From the NCBI GenBank assembly GCA_903895515.1, contig CAITUB010000008.1:1-49923 (forward strand): a DNA stretch of 49,923 nucleotides, in the 5' to 3' direction. The stretch comes from an uncultured Acidimicrobium sp. GTDB taxonomy: Bacteria > Actinomycetota > Acidimicrobiia > Acidimicrobiales > Ilumatobacteraceae. The position numbers and the translations under genes are program-made. The notes under the pieces were generated by a model, which saw only the letters and a program-made list of their open reading frames with translations, was not told the origin of the DNA and searched no databases. Shown here in pieces: positions 1-7,954 of the stretch; positions within the stretch are counted from its first letter, which is position 1; each line of letters starts with the position of its first letter.

Positions 1-15
1 ACCACCACCACCACC
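1..15. repeat. (ACC)5 trinucleotide repeat at the window edge
   Basis: Read directly: accaccaccaccacc. It may extend beyond the window. Confidence 0.9.
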
Positions 16-21
16 ATCGCG

Positions 22-561
22 CTACACATAGACGTATCTAACGTGGTAGCTAAAGTCCTCGGTGGGCGCGTAGGAGTCGACGAAGATATACTTGTGGCCA
101 GGTTCGTTCTTAGTCTCGGGGTGCAACTGGGCCACGGCCGCGTAGATGTCAAAGTAGGTGGGATCGAGCAGGATGCTCGAGTGGAAAAATTCCAACGTCG
201 GAGACATGGTCATGATCTGCACCAGCACTCGAATCTTGCGTTTACCGACGTAGTACTGAGCCTTTTCGTCCGGGCTCACGAACTTGTCGTCGAGGTTGTC
301 GTCCTCCTCCAGGAACCCGCAGTCGGGCGACTTGCCAAACACGCGCAAATAGCGCGAGGCGAAGGACCTGTTGGGAGAGTCGAAGCGCGAGGCCGACTTG
401 GGCGCCTGCTTGGGGGGCGCGGGCTTGAAGTTGGCCTGCAGATCCAAAAAGCCGCCGCCGCCGCCGCCTTCTTCAAAGATGAAGTAATTTCCGACAAAGA
501 ACCCCACGATTGCGGCGACAAGCACGACGAGCCCCGCGGTCGCCAGAGGACTTAGCACCAT
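22..561 (-). CDS. hypothetical single-pass membrane protein with foreign composition
   Basis: The track ORF 22..642 starts at TTG; the first ATG is at 561. MVLSPLATAGLVVLVAAIVGFFVGNYFIF is one TM helix, followed by Gly6 and a ~130 aa soluble part. Most codons end in G/C and Lys is almost always AAG, unlike the rest of the window. No family recognised. Confidence 0.4.
   Translation of the reverse strand: MVLSPLATAGLVVLVAAIVGFFVGNYFIFEEGGGGGGFLDLQANFKPAPPKQAPKSASRFDSPNRSFASRYLRVFGKSPDCGFLEEDDNLDDKFVSPDEKAQYYVGKRKIRVLVQIMTMSPTLEFFHSSILLDPTYFDIYAAVAQLHPETKNEPGHKYIFVDSYAPTEDFSYHVRYVYV
451..468. repeat. (GCC)6 trinucleotide repeat encoding Gly6 on the minus strand
   Basis: Read directly: gccgccgccgccgccgcc. 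It lies inside ORF 22..642. Confidence 0.9.
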
Positions 562-635
562 GCCCTCCTCCTGTGCTGCGTTAAAGTTGTCTGCTGCTCC
601 GCTGCCAAAGACCAGGGCTGCGCCGGGATCGACAC

Positions 636-1136
636 GTGCCAAAAGTGATCGAGCTCAGGTGCAGTACGCTTAGTTTTAGATCTGGTATAGCAGATAAAAG
701 CGACGGTCTGTTCTGCGAGGGCGTGCGAATTGACAAATACTTGGGAGACGGCCTGATGGCTGTTGCCGTAGAAGCCGAAGACGGCATCACCTTTGCCATG
801 ATGCTCCAGCGCAATGCAGCGCTTGCATGTGCGCCGCTGTCGTTGCGCATTGGTATTGCCACCGGCGACACCATGTTGTTCGAGGGTCAGGACTACATCG
901 GCTCTGCGCCAAACATGGCAGCGCGCTTATGCGATGCCGCTGCAGGACTTGGCACACTCATTCCACTTGACCAAGCGTCTGAATTGCCAGTTGGCGTGTA
1001 CACCGTGCCTCACGAACCTGTCGCGCTGCCTGGTTTTGCTCAGCCAATTGAAGTTGCAATTCTTGCGGGCGAGCCGCTCATTGATAGTCGTTCAGACATC
1101 AATGAAGTGTGGAATCGCTCCCCTTTTGTTGGCTAA
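636..1136 (+). CDS. class III adenylate/guanylate cyclase homology domain protein, short and probably degenerate or 5'-truncated
   Basis: KYLGDGLMAV and RIGIATGD...GQDYIGSAPNMAARL resemble the cyclase catalytic core. GTG start. Only ~35 aa precede the GDG motif, and no F-x-D-x-x-G-F-T metal-binding motif is present. Confidence 0.5.
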   Translation: MPKVIELRCSTLSFRSGIADKSDGLFCEGVRIDKYLGDGLMAVAVEAEDGITFAMMLQRNAALACAPLSLRIGIATGDTMLFEGQDYIGSAPNMAARLCDAAAGLGTLIPLDQASELPVGVYTVPHEPVALPGFAQPIEVAILAGEPLIDSRSDINEVWNRSPFVG

Positions 1137-1143
1137 TTAAGCC

Positions 1144-2571
1144 TTATCCGCGCGAGCGATACGTGGCGCGCGAACCCGTTGAGTCCTTGTTTAAACGCTT
1201 CGAAAGATGCAAGCCCTCGAGCACAAACTCCACTGCACTTGCCACTACTGCTGGAGTTGCATCTGCACCAACAATTTGTGTGACTAACTCGCGCAGCGCA
1301 GGTATATCGGTGAACATCGCGCCGTAGGCAACGGACTCAACATCTTCGCCAGCGTGCAACACCACTCCACCATCAAATGCTTCAACAACTTCACGAATCT
1401 TTTCTCCAGTGACGCGTTGTTTGAAAACTTGAAGCACTGCAGTCTTCACAATGTTTTCCAAAATTGCAGACTCTCGACCGTCTTCTGTGGTTTCGAATTC
1501 CACTTTTCCGGCCGTAGAGGCTGCGAGCGATGCGAGGTCGCTCACGCGCGGTGCAACCTGTGTTTCGCCCATGCGCAAGGCACGACGAACAGCGTTAGCC
1601 GCAAGCGTTTCGTAGTTGCTGACCGACAACCGCACGCTGACGCCGCTGCGTTGATTGACATGACTGCTTGAGCGTGCGATGTGGCTGATGGTGGTCACCA
1701 CTTCTTCCATGAACGATGGCCACGTAACCACAACATCACCAATGCTTGAGGTACGAGCCTCTTGGCGAACGATATTCATTTCGGTTTCCACTTCAAGTGG
1801 ATAGTGCGTGCGAATTTGGCTTCCGAAACGATCCTTCAGCGGCGTAATCATGCGACCGCGATTGGTGTAGTCCTCGGGGTTGGCCGACGCCACCAACATC
1901 ACGTCGAGTGGCAAGCGAATTTTGTAACCCCGAATTTGTACGTCACGCTCTTCAAGCACGTTGAGCAAACCAACTTGAATTCGTTCAGCCAAGTCGGGTA
2001 ATTCATTGATTGCAAAAATGCCGCGATTGGTGCGCGGAACAAGGCCATAGTGAATGGTCAGTTCGTCGCTGAGGTAACGCCCTTCGGCAACTTTGATGGG
2101 GTCAACTTCACCAATGAGGTCGGCAATCGATGTGTCTGGCGTTGCGAGTTTTTCACCGTAGCGATCTTCACGATTCACCCATGAGATTGGTGCGTTGTCG
2201 CCCATTTTTTCTACAAGCTCGCGCGCGTGTCGCGACACTGGGTTGTAGGGATCATCATTGATTTCACTGCCTTCAATGATTGGCATCCACTCATCCAGCA
2301 AGCCAGTGAGCGACCTGATCATGCGCGTTTTTGCTTGACCACGTTCTCCAAGAAAAATCACATCGTGTCCTGCCAACAATGCATTTTCAAGTTGTGGCAT
2401 CACCGTGTCTTCGTAACCCAACACTCCCTCGAACAATTGCTGTCCTGCTGAAATTCGAGCGACAGCATTGCGACGCAATTCTTCTTTTACGGGAATGGAT
2501 TGCCAGCCCGAGGTGCGAAGTGCTCCAAGAGTTGTAGGCAGCGAGTGTGCGGAGGTGTGGGCGTTGGCCAT
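1144..2571 (-). CDS. AAA+ ATPase, ChlI/Mg-chelatase-like (resembles M. tuberculosis Rv0958 family)
   Basis: 475 aa. LGYEDTVMPQLENALLAGHDVIFLGERGQAKTRMIRSL is a Walker A-like GERGQAKT. The N-terminus is conserved with actinobacterial ChlI-like ATPases as I recall them. Confidence 0.65.
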   Translation of the reverse strand: MANAHTSAHSLPTTLGALRTSGWQSIPVKEELRRNAVARISAGQQLFEGVLGYEDTVMPQLENALLAGHDVIFLGERGQAKTRMIRSLTGLLDEWMPIIEGSEINDDPYNPVSRHARELVEKMGDNAPISWVNREDRYGEKLATPDTSIADLIGEVDPIKVAEGRYLSDELTIHYGLVPRTNRGIFAINELPDLAERIQVGLLNVLEERDVQIRGYKIRLPLDVMLVASANPEDYTNRGRMITPLKDRFGSQIRTHYPLEVETEMNIVRQEARTSSIGDVVVTWPSFMEEVVTTISHIARSSSHVNQRSGVSVRLSVSNYETLAANAVRRALRMGETQVAPRVSDLASLAASTAGKVEFETTEDGRESAILENIVKTAVLQVFKQRVTGEKIREVVEAFDGGVVLHAGEDVESVAYGAMFTDIPALRELVTQIVGADATPAVVASAVEFVLEGLHLSKRLNKDSTGSRATYRSRG

Positions 2572-2629
2572 GCGCAGACGATACTTGCCGCCTGCGTATG
2601 TGACATAGGCGAGCGTTTATTGTGAGTTC

Positions 2630-3517
2630 ATGACTACTTCCTCACCACAAGTCGCCGTTGTTACTGGAGCCAATTCGGGTATCGGACGTGCCACCGCACT
2701 GCACCTCGCCCAACAGGGTTACCGCGTCTTTGGCACGGTTCGTTCGATCGACAAAGCCGGCAAGTTGCAGGCTCGCGCCAACGAATTAGGCGTGGCGGTA
2801 GAACTCATTGAATTGGATGTTGCAGACGATGCATCAGTGCAACGTGGATTCGCCGACATTTTTCGCGCCACGAATCGTGTTGACGTGTTGGTAAACAATG
2901 CCGGCATTGGAGGCAACGGTGTAGTTGAGGAAAGCACGTCGCAGATGTACCACGATGCGTTCAACGTGAACGTAGTTGGCGCCATTCGATGCACTCAACA
3001 AGTGCTGCCAAACATGCGTGAACGAAAAAGTGGAACCATCGTGAATATCACTTCGGTTGTTGGCAAATTTGCAGCAATCGCACAGGCTCCATACGTCGCA
3101 TCAAAGTGGGCATTCGAAGGTGTCAGTGAAGAACTCGCTCAAGAATTGGCGCCGTTCGGTATTCGCGTGGTGATTATTGAACCTGGTGTCACCAAGTCAT
3201 CGATCTTTGCGAAGAACATCGACGCTCCAAATCAAAGCGGTGCATACGATGCTCACTATCGACGCATGTTTGCGTTTTACGCCGCAGGAATTACGAATGC
3301 CACTCCTGCGGAAGAAGTTGGCTCGCTCATTCATCACGCGATCACTACTAACACCCCACAACTTCGTTATGCATGTTCGTGGGCAGGCCCAGAAATCGTG
3401 ACGGGTCGTGCTGCGCAGTCGGACAAAGACTGGGTCGCCATGGCTACTTCCGAGAACGATTCGGACTACTTCGATGCCTTTAAAACCGCGTACGGAGTGG
3501 GTTTGAGCAATAGTTGA
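2630..3517 (+). CDS. SDR family oxidoreductase
   Basis: TGANSGIG Rossmann motif, NNAG, and catalytic YVASK (Y-x3-K). Confidence 0.85.
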   Translation: MTTSSPQVAVVTGANSGIGRATALHLAQQGYRVFGTVRSIDKAGKLQARANELGVAVELIELDVADDASVQRGFADIFRATNRVDVLVNNAGIGGNGVVEESTSQMYHDAFNVNVVGAIRCTQQVLPNMRERKSGTIVNITSVVGKFAAIAQAPYVASKWAFEGVSEELAQELAPFGIRVVIIEPGVTKSSIFAKNIDAPNQSGAYDAHYRRMFAFYAAGITNATPAEEVGSLIHHAITTNTPQLRYACSWAGPEIVTGRAAQSDKDWVAMATSENDSDYFDAFKTAYGVGLSNS

Positions 3518-3562
3518 CAAAATTGGTCGGGATTCAGATATCGTGACGGCTCCACGTTCTAC

Positions 3563-3568
3563 AAGGAG
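3563..3568 (+). promoter_or_regulatory. Shine-Dalgarno AAGGAG, 6 nt upstream of the peroxiredoxin ATG
   Basis: acaAGGAGatcaacATG read directly. A TTGACA hexamer at 3514-3519 is a possible -35, but no good -10 follows. Confidence 0.6.
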
Positions 3569-3574
3569 ATCAAC

Positions 3575-4207
3575 ATGTCCGTACGTCTTGGCGATGTCGC
3601 CCCTGACTTCACTGCACAAACCACCCAAGGTGAAATCAAGTTTCACGAATGGTTGGGCGATTCATGGGGCGTGCTGTTTAGCCACCCGAAAGATTTCACA
3701 CCGGTCTGCACCACTGAACTTGGTTATGTAGCCAAGATCAAACCAGAGTTCGACAAGCGCAATGTGAAAGTCATCGGACTTTCAGTTGACAGCGTTGAGT
3801 CACACGAAAAATGGGAAAGCGACATTGGCGAAACTCAGGGAACTCCTGTGAACTTCCCCATGATCGGTGACCCAGATCGCAATGTTTCCAACCTGTACGA
3901 CATGATTCACCCAAATGCAAACGACACCCTCACGGTTCGCAGCGTGTTCGTTATTGGACCAGACAAAAAGGTGAAGCTCACCATCACCTACCCAGCATCA
4001 ACTGGCCGCAACTTTGATGAAGTGCTTCGTGTCATTGACTCGTTGCAACTCACCGCAAAATTCAAAGTGGCAACACCTGCAAACTGGAAAGATGGCAATG
4101 ACGTCATCATCGGTGCTGCCGTAACCGACGAAGAGGCAAAGACCCTCTTCCCTGGTGGCTGGAAGACCGTGAAGCCATACCTTCGTGTTTTGCCGCAACC
4201 AAAGTAA
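3575..4207 (+). CDS. peroxiredoxin, 1-Cys (Prx6-like)
   Basis: LFSHPKDFTPVCTTELG is the peroxidatic Cys motif. 210 aa, typical of the Prx6 subfamily. Confidence 0.85.
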   Translation: MSVRLGDVAPDFTAQTTQGEIKFHEWLGDSWGVLFSHPKDFTPVCTTELGYVAKIKPEFDKRNVKVIGLSVDSVESHEKWESDIGETQGTPVNFPMIGDPDRNVSNLYDMIHPNANDTLTVRSVFVIGPDKKVKLTITYPASTGRNFDEVLRVIDSLQLTAKFKVATPANWKDGNDVIIGAAVTDEEAKTLFPGGWKTVKPYLRVLPQPK

Positions 4208-4260
4208 ATAGTAAGTAAAGAAGGCAATTCGGGCATTTCGCCCACAATCATTGAGCCGTA

Positions 4261-4289
4261 GGCTGAGGGGTATGAACAACCCCTCAGCC
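4261..4289 (+). promoter_or_regulatory. perfect 10-bp inverted repeat (stem-loop) enclosing the SD and start codon of the ABC ATPase gene
   Basis: GGCTGAGGGG (4261-4270), tatgaacaa loop, CCCCTCAGCC (4280-4289). The ATG at 4272 lies in the loop. Confidence 0.45.
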
Positions 4290-5003
4290 GCGACCGCTAC
4301 TAACGTCTCCAAAATTTACGGACACGGAGACAGCGAAGTACGAGCACTTGACAATGTGTCAGTGCAGTTCGAAACCGGAAAATTCACTGCCATCATGGGG
4401 CCAAGTGGCTCCGGCAAATCCACCCTCATGCATTGCATGGCGGGTCTCGATGAAATGACACAGGGTTCAGTCACCATCGCCGACATTGACATCGCAAGTT
4501 TGAAAGATAAAGACCTCACCAAACTTCGCAGAGACAAAATCGGTTTCGTGTTTCAGTCGTTCAACTTGGTTCCCACGCTTACAGCAGATGAAAACATTCG
4601 TCTGCCATTGCTACTTGGCAACAACAAGGGCAACGAAGAATGGATCCAGAAAGTAATTAATACGGTCCATTTACAAGACCGTTTGACTCACCGTCCAAGC
4701 GAGCTTTCCGGCGGACAACAACAGCGTGTTGCGGTTGCCCGTGCACTTGCCAGCGAACCAGCAATTATTTTCGCTGACGAGCCAACAGGAAACCTCGACT
4801 CAACAACCGGAAACGAAATTCTTTCCTTCATGCGCAAAGCAGTTGATGAGTTGGGACAAACGATCGTGATGGTGACGCATGATCCTGTTTCTGCAAGTTA
4901 CGCAGACCGCATTGTGTTTTTGAAGGACGGAAAAATTGCTGGTGAATTGCTCAATCCAACTCCAGAACTCGTGCTTGATTACATGAAGAATCTAGGTCAC
5001 TAA
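4272..5003 (+). CDS. ABC transporter ATP-binding protein (MacB/LolD-like)
   Basis: Walker A GPSGSGKST, signature LSGGQQQRV, Walker B IIFADEPT. The track ORF starts at TTG 4251; ATG 4272 is preferred, but the start is uncertain. Confidence 0.9.
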   Translation: MNNPSAATATNVSKIYGHGDSEVRALDNVSVQFETGKFTAIMGPSGSGKSTLMHCMAGLDEMTQGSVTIADIDIASLKDKDLTKLRRDKIGFVFQSFNLVPTLTADENIRLPLLLGNNKGNEEWIQKVINTVHLQDRLTHRPSELSGGQQQRVAVARALASEPAIIFADEPTGNLDSTTGNEILSFMRKAVDELGQTIVMVTHDPVSASYADRIVFLKDGKIAGELLNPTPELVLDYMKNLGH

Positions 5004-5006
5004 ACC

Positions 5007-7547
5007 ATGTTTCGTATCGCTCTCAAAGGCATATTGGGTCGCAAGGCTCGCTTAGTTCTCACATCGCTTGCGGTCATTTTGGGCACTTCATTTCTGTCGG
5101 GAACCGCAGTGTTCTCTGCGACACTGAATCGCACGTTTGACAACTTGTTTAGCGATGTGTTCCGCAACGTCGATTCCTATGTTCGATCGACACAAGTTAT
5201 TGAAGCCGACTTCGGTGCGGAAGAGCGTCAGCGAATTCCTGTCGAATTAGTTGACATGGTGAAACAAGTCCCAGGTGTCGCCGATGTGCAAGCCGATATC
5301 CAGGCATTTGCTCGAATCATTGGCAAAGACGGCCAACCACTCGGCTCTGAAGGTGCAGGACCACCAACATTTGGCGGCGTTGGTCAAGAATTCAAAGGTG
5401 CACTCTGGACTATTAGCGAAGGCCGTTTTGCTGCAGGACCAACCGAGGTTGTCCTCGACGAATCATCGGCTAAAGCCGGAAAGTTTGCGCTGAACGACAA
5501 AGTGAAAGTTGTTGCACAAACCGGTAGCCGTGAATTCACACTTGTTGGTATTGCCAGTTACGGCGATGTGCGCTCACCAGGTGGAGCAACGTTTGCTCTC
5601 TTCGACCTTGCAACAGCGCAAGAATTTCTCGCCAAGCCTGGCTTCGTTGACGACATTTTAGTTTCTGGCGATGGAACCCTGTCCGACGAGGAATTAGCAA
5701 AGGCAATTTCTGCCGCAATCCCAAGTTCCTACAAAACCGAGACTCTGACGGGTGCGCAAATCACAAAGGAAACCCAGGACCAAATTGGAACTGCACTCAG
5801 TTTCTTCAGCATTTTGCTTTCCACATTTAGCTACATCGCGCTCGGCGTTGGCAGCTTCGTCATTTACAACGTGTTTTCCATTAGCGCCGCACAGCGCCAA
5901 CGCGAAAATGCACTCCTGCGAGCAATCGGTGCGTCAAAGAAACAAGTAACGCGCGCATTGATGATTGAGTCAGTAGTCGTTGGTCTATTTGGTTCAACCA
6001 TTGGGTTGTTCGCAGGCATTGGCCTTTCAAAGGCACTGAGTGCGTTACTGAAAGCCGCGAGCATCGACCTTCCAAGCGGCGGTCTCGTGGTGCCAAGCTC
6101 AGCAATCATCAACACCATCGTGGTGGGTCTCATCGTGACTGTTGCATCGGCTTGGCTTCCAGCGCGTCGTGCAGGCAGAGTCCCTCCACTTGCAGCAATG
6201 CGTGAAACTGCTATTGAAGTTGTTGCTCTAAGTCGTCGTCGCACACTGTTTGGTTTGCTTCTCATTGCTCTCGGCGCTGCAACCATTATTGCGGTAACAA
6301 GCGGTGCAAGTAACAAATGGTTGGGTCTTGGAATTCTCTTTGTCTTTTCTGGCACCATCACACTCGGACCAGTTATTGCTCGACCAGTTGCATTGCTGCT
6401 GGGCAAGCCGGCAGAAAAGCTCCGCGGCGTAACAGGAACCATGGCTCGTCAGAACAGTGCACGTAACCCGAAGCGCACGTCGCGCACGGCTGCCCCAGTG
6501 CTCATTGGAGTTGCGCTTGTTACTGCGGTCGCGGCCCTTGCAGCAAGCATCAGTACGCAAATTGACGGTGTTTTCACACAACAATTCAAAGGCGACTACG
6601 CAATTAGCACCAATGCTCGTGGTTTCGGTGGCCTCAGCCCATCACTTGCCGACGACATCAACACGCTTCCAGAAGTTGAACGCGCAACGGGAATCGGACT
6701 GCTTACCGTAAAGATTGACGGCAAGGGTCAGTACCTCACCACCATTAACCCGGCAACAGTTGATGGCGTATTTGACATTGGACTTACCTCTGGAACGTAT
6801 GCAGATCTCACTGCAGAAACCATTTTTGTTTCGCAAAAATATGCAGAGAACAACAAAGCCAAACTTGGTGACACTCTGCAAGTAACCCTTGCCGATGCGC
6901 AAGTGAAAACTCTGACTATCGCAGGAATCTACGAGTTTGATGACATTGCCGGAAAGTACACGGTGAGTCGCGACCTCATCAAAGATTCCACGGTGATCAA
7001 CTTTGACCTAGGGGTCTATATCAAGTTGAAATCCGGGGTGTCAGACCAATCGGCGCGAACAGTTTTGCAAGCAGCAGTTGATAAATATGGGCAAGGTACT
7101 TTGCTGTCGAAACGCGAGTACATCGATAAACAGTCTGGAAGCATCAACCAACTACTTGGTCTGATCTATGGCTTGCTCTTCCTGTCGGTCATCATCGCTG
7201 TCGTCGGAATTATCATCACTTTGCTGCTCTCCGTGTTCGAGCGTCAGCGTGAAATTGGTCTATTGCGTGCTGTAGGAATGACCAAGAGCCAAGTGCGCAC
7301 AACGGTTCGTTGGGAGAGTGTCATCACCTCCCTTCTTGGTGCAGTGGTGGGAATTGTGTTGGGAGTCGGTTTGGGCTGGGTCATTGTGTATGCACTTCGC
7401 GACCAGGGACTTTCTTCATTTTCTGTGCCAGTGGGACCAACCGTGTCGATTCTCGTCATGGCCTTTGTCATTGGCGTACTTGCCGCCGTGTACCCAGCCT
7501 GGCGTGCCACTCGCGTGAACCTGCTCGCGGCAATCACCACTGCGTAA
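5007..7547 (+). CDS. ABC transporter permease, FtsX/MacB-type with duplicated FtsX module
   Basis: 846 aa. Two clusters of TM helices are separated by large extracytoplasmic regions. It starts 3 nt after the ATPase stop. Confidence 0.85.
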   Translation: MFRIALKGILGRKARLVLTSLAVILGTSFLSGTAVFSATLNRTFDNLFSDVFRNVDSYVRSTQVIEADFGAEERQRIPVELVDMVKQVPGVADVQADIQAFARIIGKDGQPLGSEGAGPPTFGGVGQEFKGALWTISEGRFAAGPTEVVLDESSAKAGKFALNDKVKVVAQTGSREFTLVGIASYGDVRSPGGATFALFDLATAQEFLAKPGFVDDILVSGDGTLSDEELAKAISAAIPSSYKTETLTGAQITKETQDQIGTALSFFSILLSTFSYIALGVGSFVIYNVFSISAAQRQRENALLRAIGASKKQVTRALMIESVVVGLFGSTIGLFAGIGLSKALSALLKAASIDLPSGGLVVPSSAIINTIVVGLIVTVASAWLPARRAGRVPPLAAMRETAIEVVALSRRRTLFGLLLIALGAATIIAVTSGASNKWLGLGILFVFSGTITLGPVIARPVALLLGKPAEKLRGVTGTMARQNSARNPKRTSRTAAPVLIGVALVTAVAALAASISTQIDGVFTQQFKGDYAISTNARGFGGLSPSLADDINTLPEVERATGIGLLTVKIDGKGQYLTTINPATVDGVFDIGLTSGTYADLTAETIFVSQKYAENNKAKLGDTLQVTLADAQVKTLTIAGIYEFDDIAGKYTVSRDLIKDSTVINFDLGVYIKLKSGVSDQSARTVLQAAVDKYGQGTLLSKREYIDKQSGSINQLLGLIYGLLFLSVIIAVVGIIITLLLSVFERQREIGLLRAVGMTKSQVRTTVRWESVITSLLGAVVGIVLGVGLGWVIVYALRDQGLSSFSVPVGPTVSILVMAFVIGVLAAVYPAWRATRVNLLAAITTA

Positions 7548-7954
7548 TGACCCCAGCAGACCTCACTCCAGAAATGTTGGAGTTCCTTCGGGAACGACAT
7601 TTAGCAACGCTCACTACCCTTCGCCCAGATGGTTCACCTCACGTGGTGCCAGTTGGTTTCACATACGACGAAGACAAACACGTAGTACGCGTGATCACGT
7701 TTGCACCATCGCATAAAGCAAAACATGCGCAACGCGGTGGACGAGCAGTGGTGTCGCAAGTAGATGGTGGTCGTTGGCTCACACTAGAAGGAACAGTGCG
7801 TCTGGCAACACGAGAGAACGACAATGCGGAAGTGAACGAAGCGTGTGCTCGTTATGCGCAGCGTTACCGTCAACCAAAGGAACGCGACAACCGCGTAGCA
7901 ATCATTATTTCTGTCGACCGCATAATGGGTCGGGTAACTGCAGCTAACGAGTAG
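7547..7954 (+). CDS. PPOX-class (pyridoxamine 5'-phosphate oxidase fold) protein, probably F420-dependent
   Basis: MTPADLTPEMLEFLRERHLATLTTLRPDGSPHVVPVGF. The ATG overlaps the permease TAA (taATGa). The upstream extension in the track (from 7310) lies inside the permease gene. Confidence 0.65.
   Translation: MTPADLTPEMLEFLRERHLATLTTLRPDGSPHVVPVGFTYDEDKHVVRVITFAPSHKAKHAQRGGRAVVSQVDGGRWLTLEGTVRLATRENDNAEVNEACARYAQRYRQPKERDNRVAIIISVDRIMGRVTAANE

Noticed and set aside
3-17. cac cac cac cac cat could read as a His5 tag, hinting at a cloning artefact
   Set aside because: It is just one frame of the (ACC)5 repeat. No start, stop or vector-like context is visible.
43-555. 170-aa plus-strand ORF antisense to ORF 22..642
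   Set aside because: It is a shadow ORF of a GC3-rich gene. The translation is Arg/Gly/Val-rich and low-complexity, with no motif.
651-683. SacI (GAGCTC, 651-656) and BglII (AGATCT, 678-683) sites close to the compositional junction, suggesting a polylinker
   Set aside because: Two 6-mers can occur by chance, and no other vector-like sequence or further clustered sites are present.
4231-4243. GGGC-atttc-GCCC hairpin after the peroxiredoxin stop, as a possible intrinsic terminator
   Set aside because: The stem is only 4 bp and no T-tract follows. It is too weak to call.
5864-6442. 192-aa antisense ORF inside the FtsX permease gene
   Set aside because: Shadow ORF. The sense strand encodes a continuous TM-rich permease.
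7310-7546. N-terminal extension of the PPOX-class ORF (track ORF 7310..7954)
   Set aside because: It lies wholly inside the permease gene in another frame. The ATG at 7547 overlaps the permease stop, and the family-like sequence begins there.
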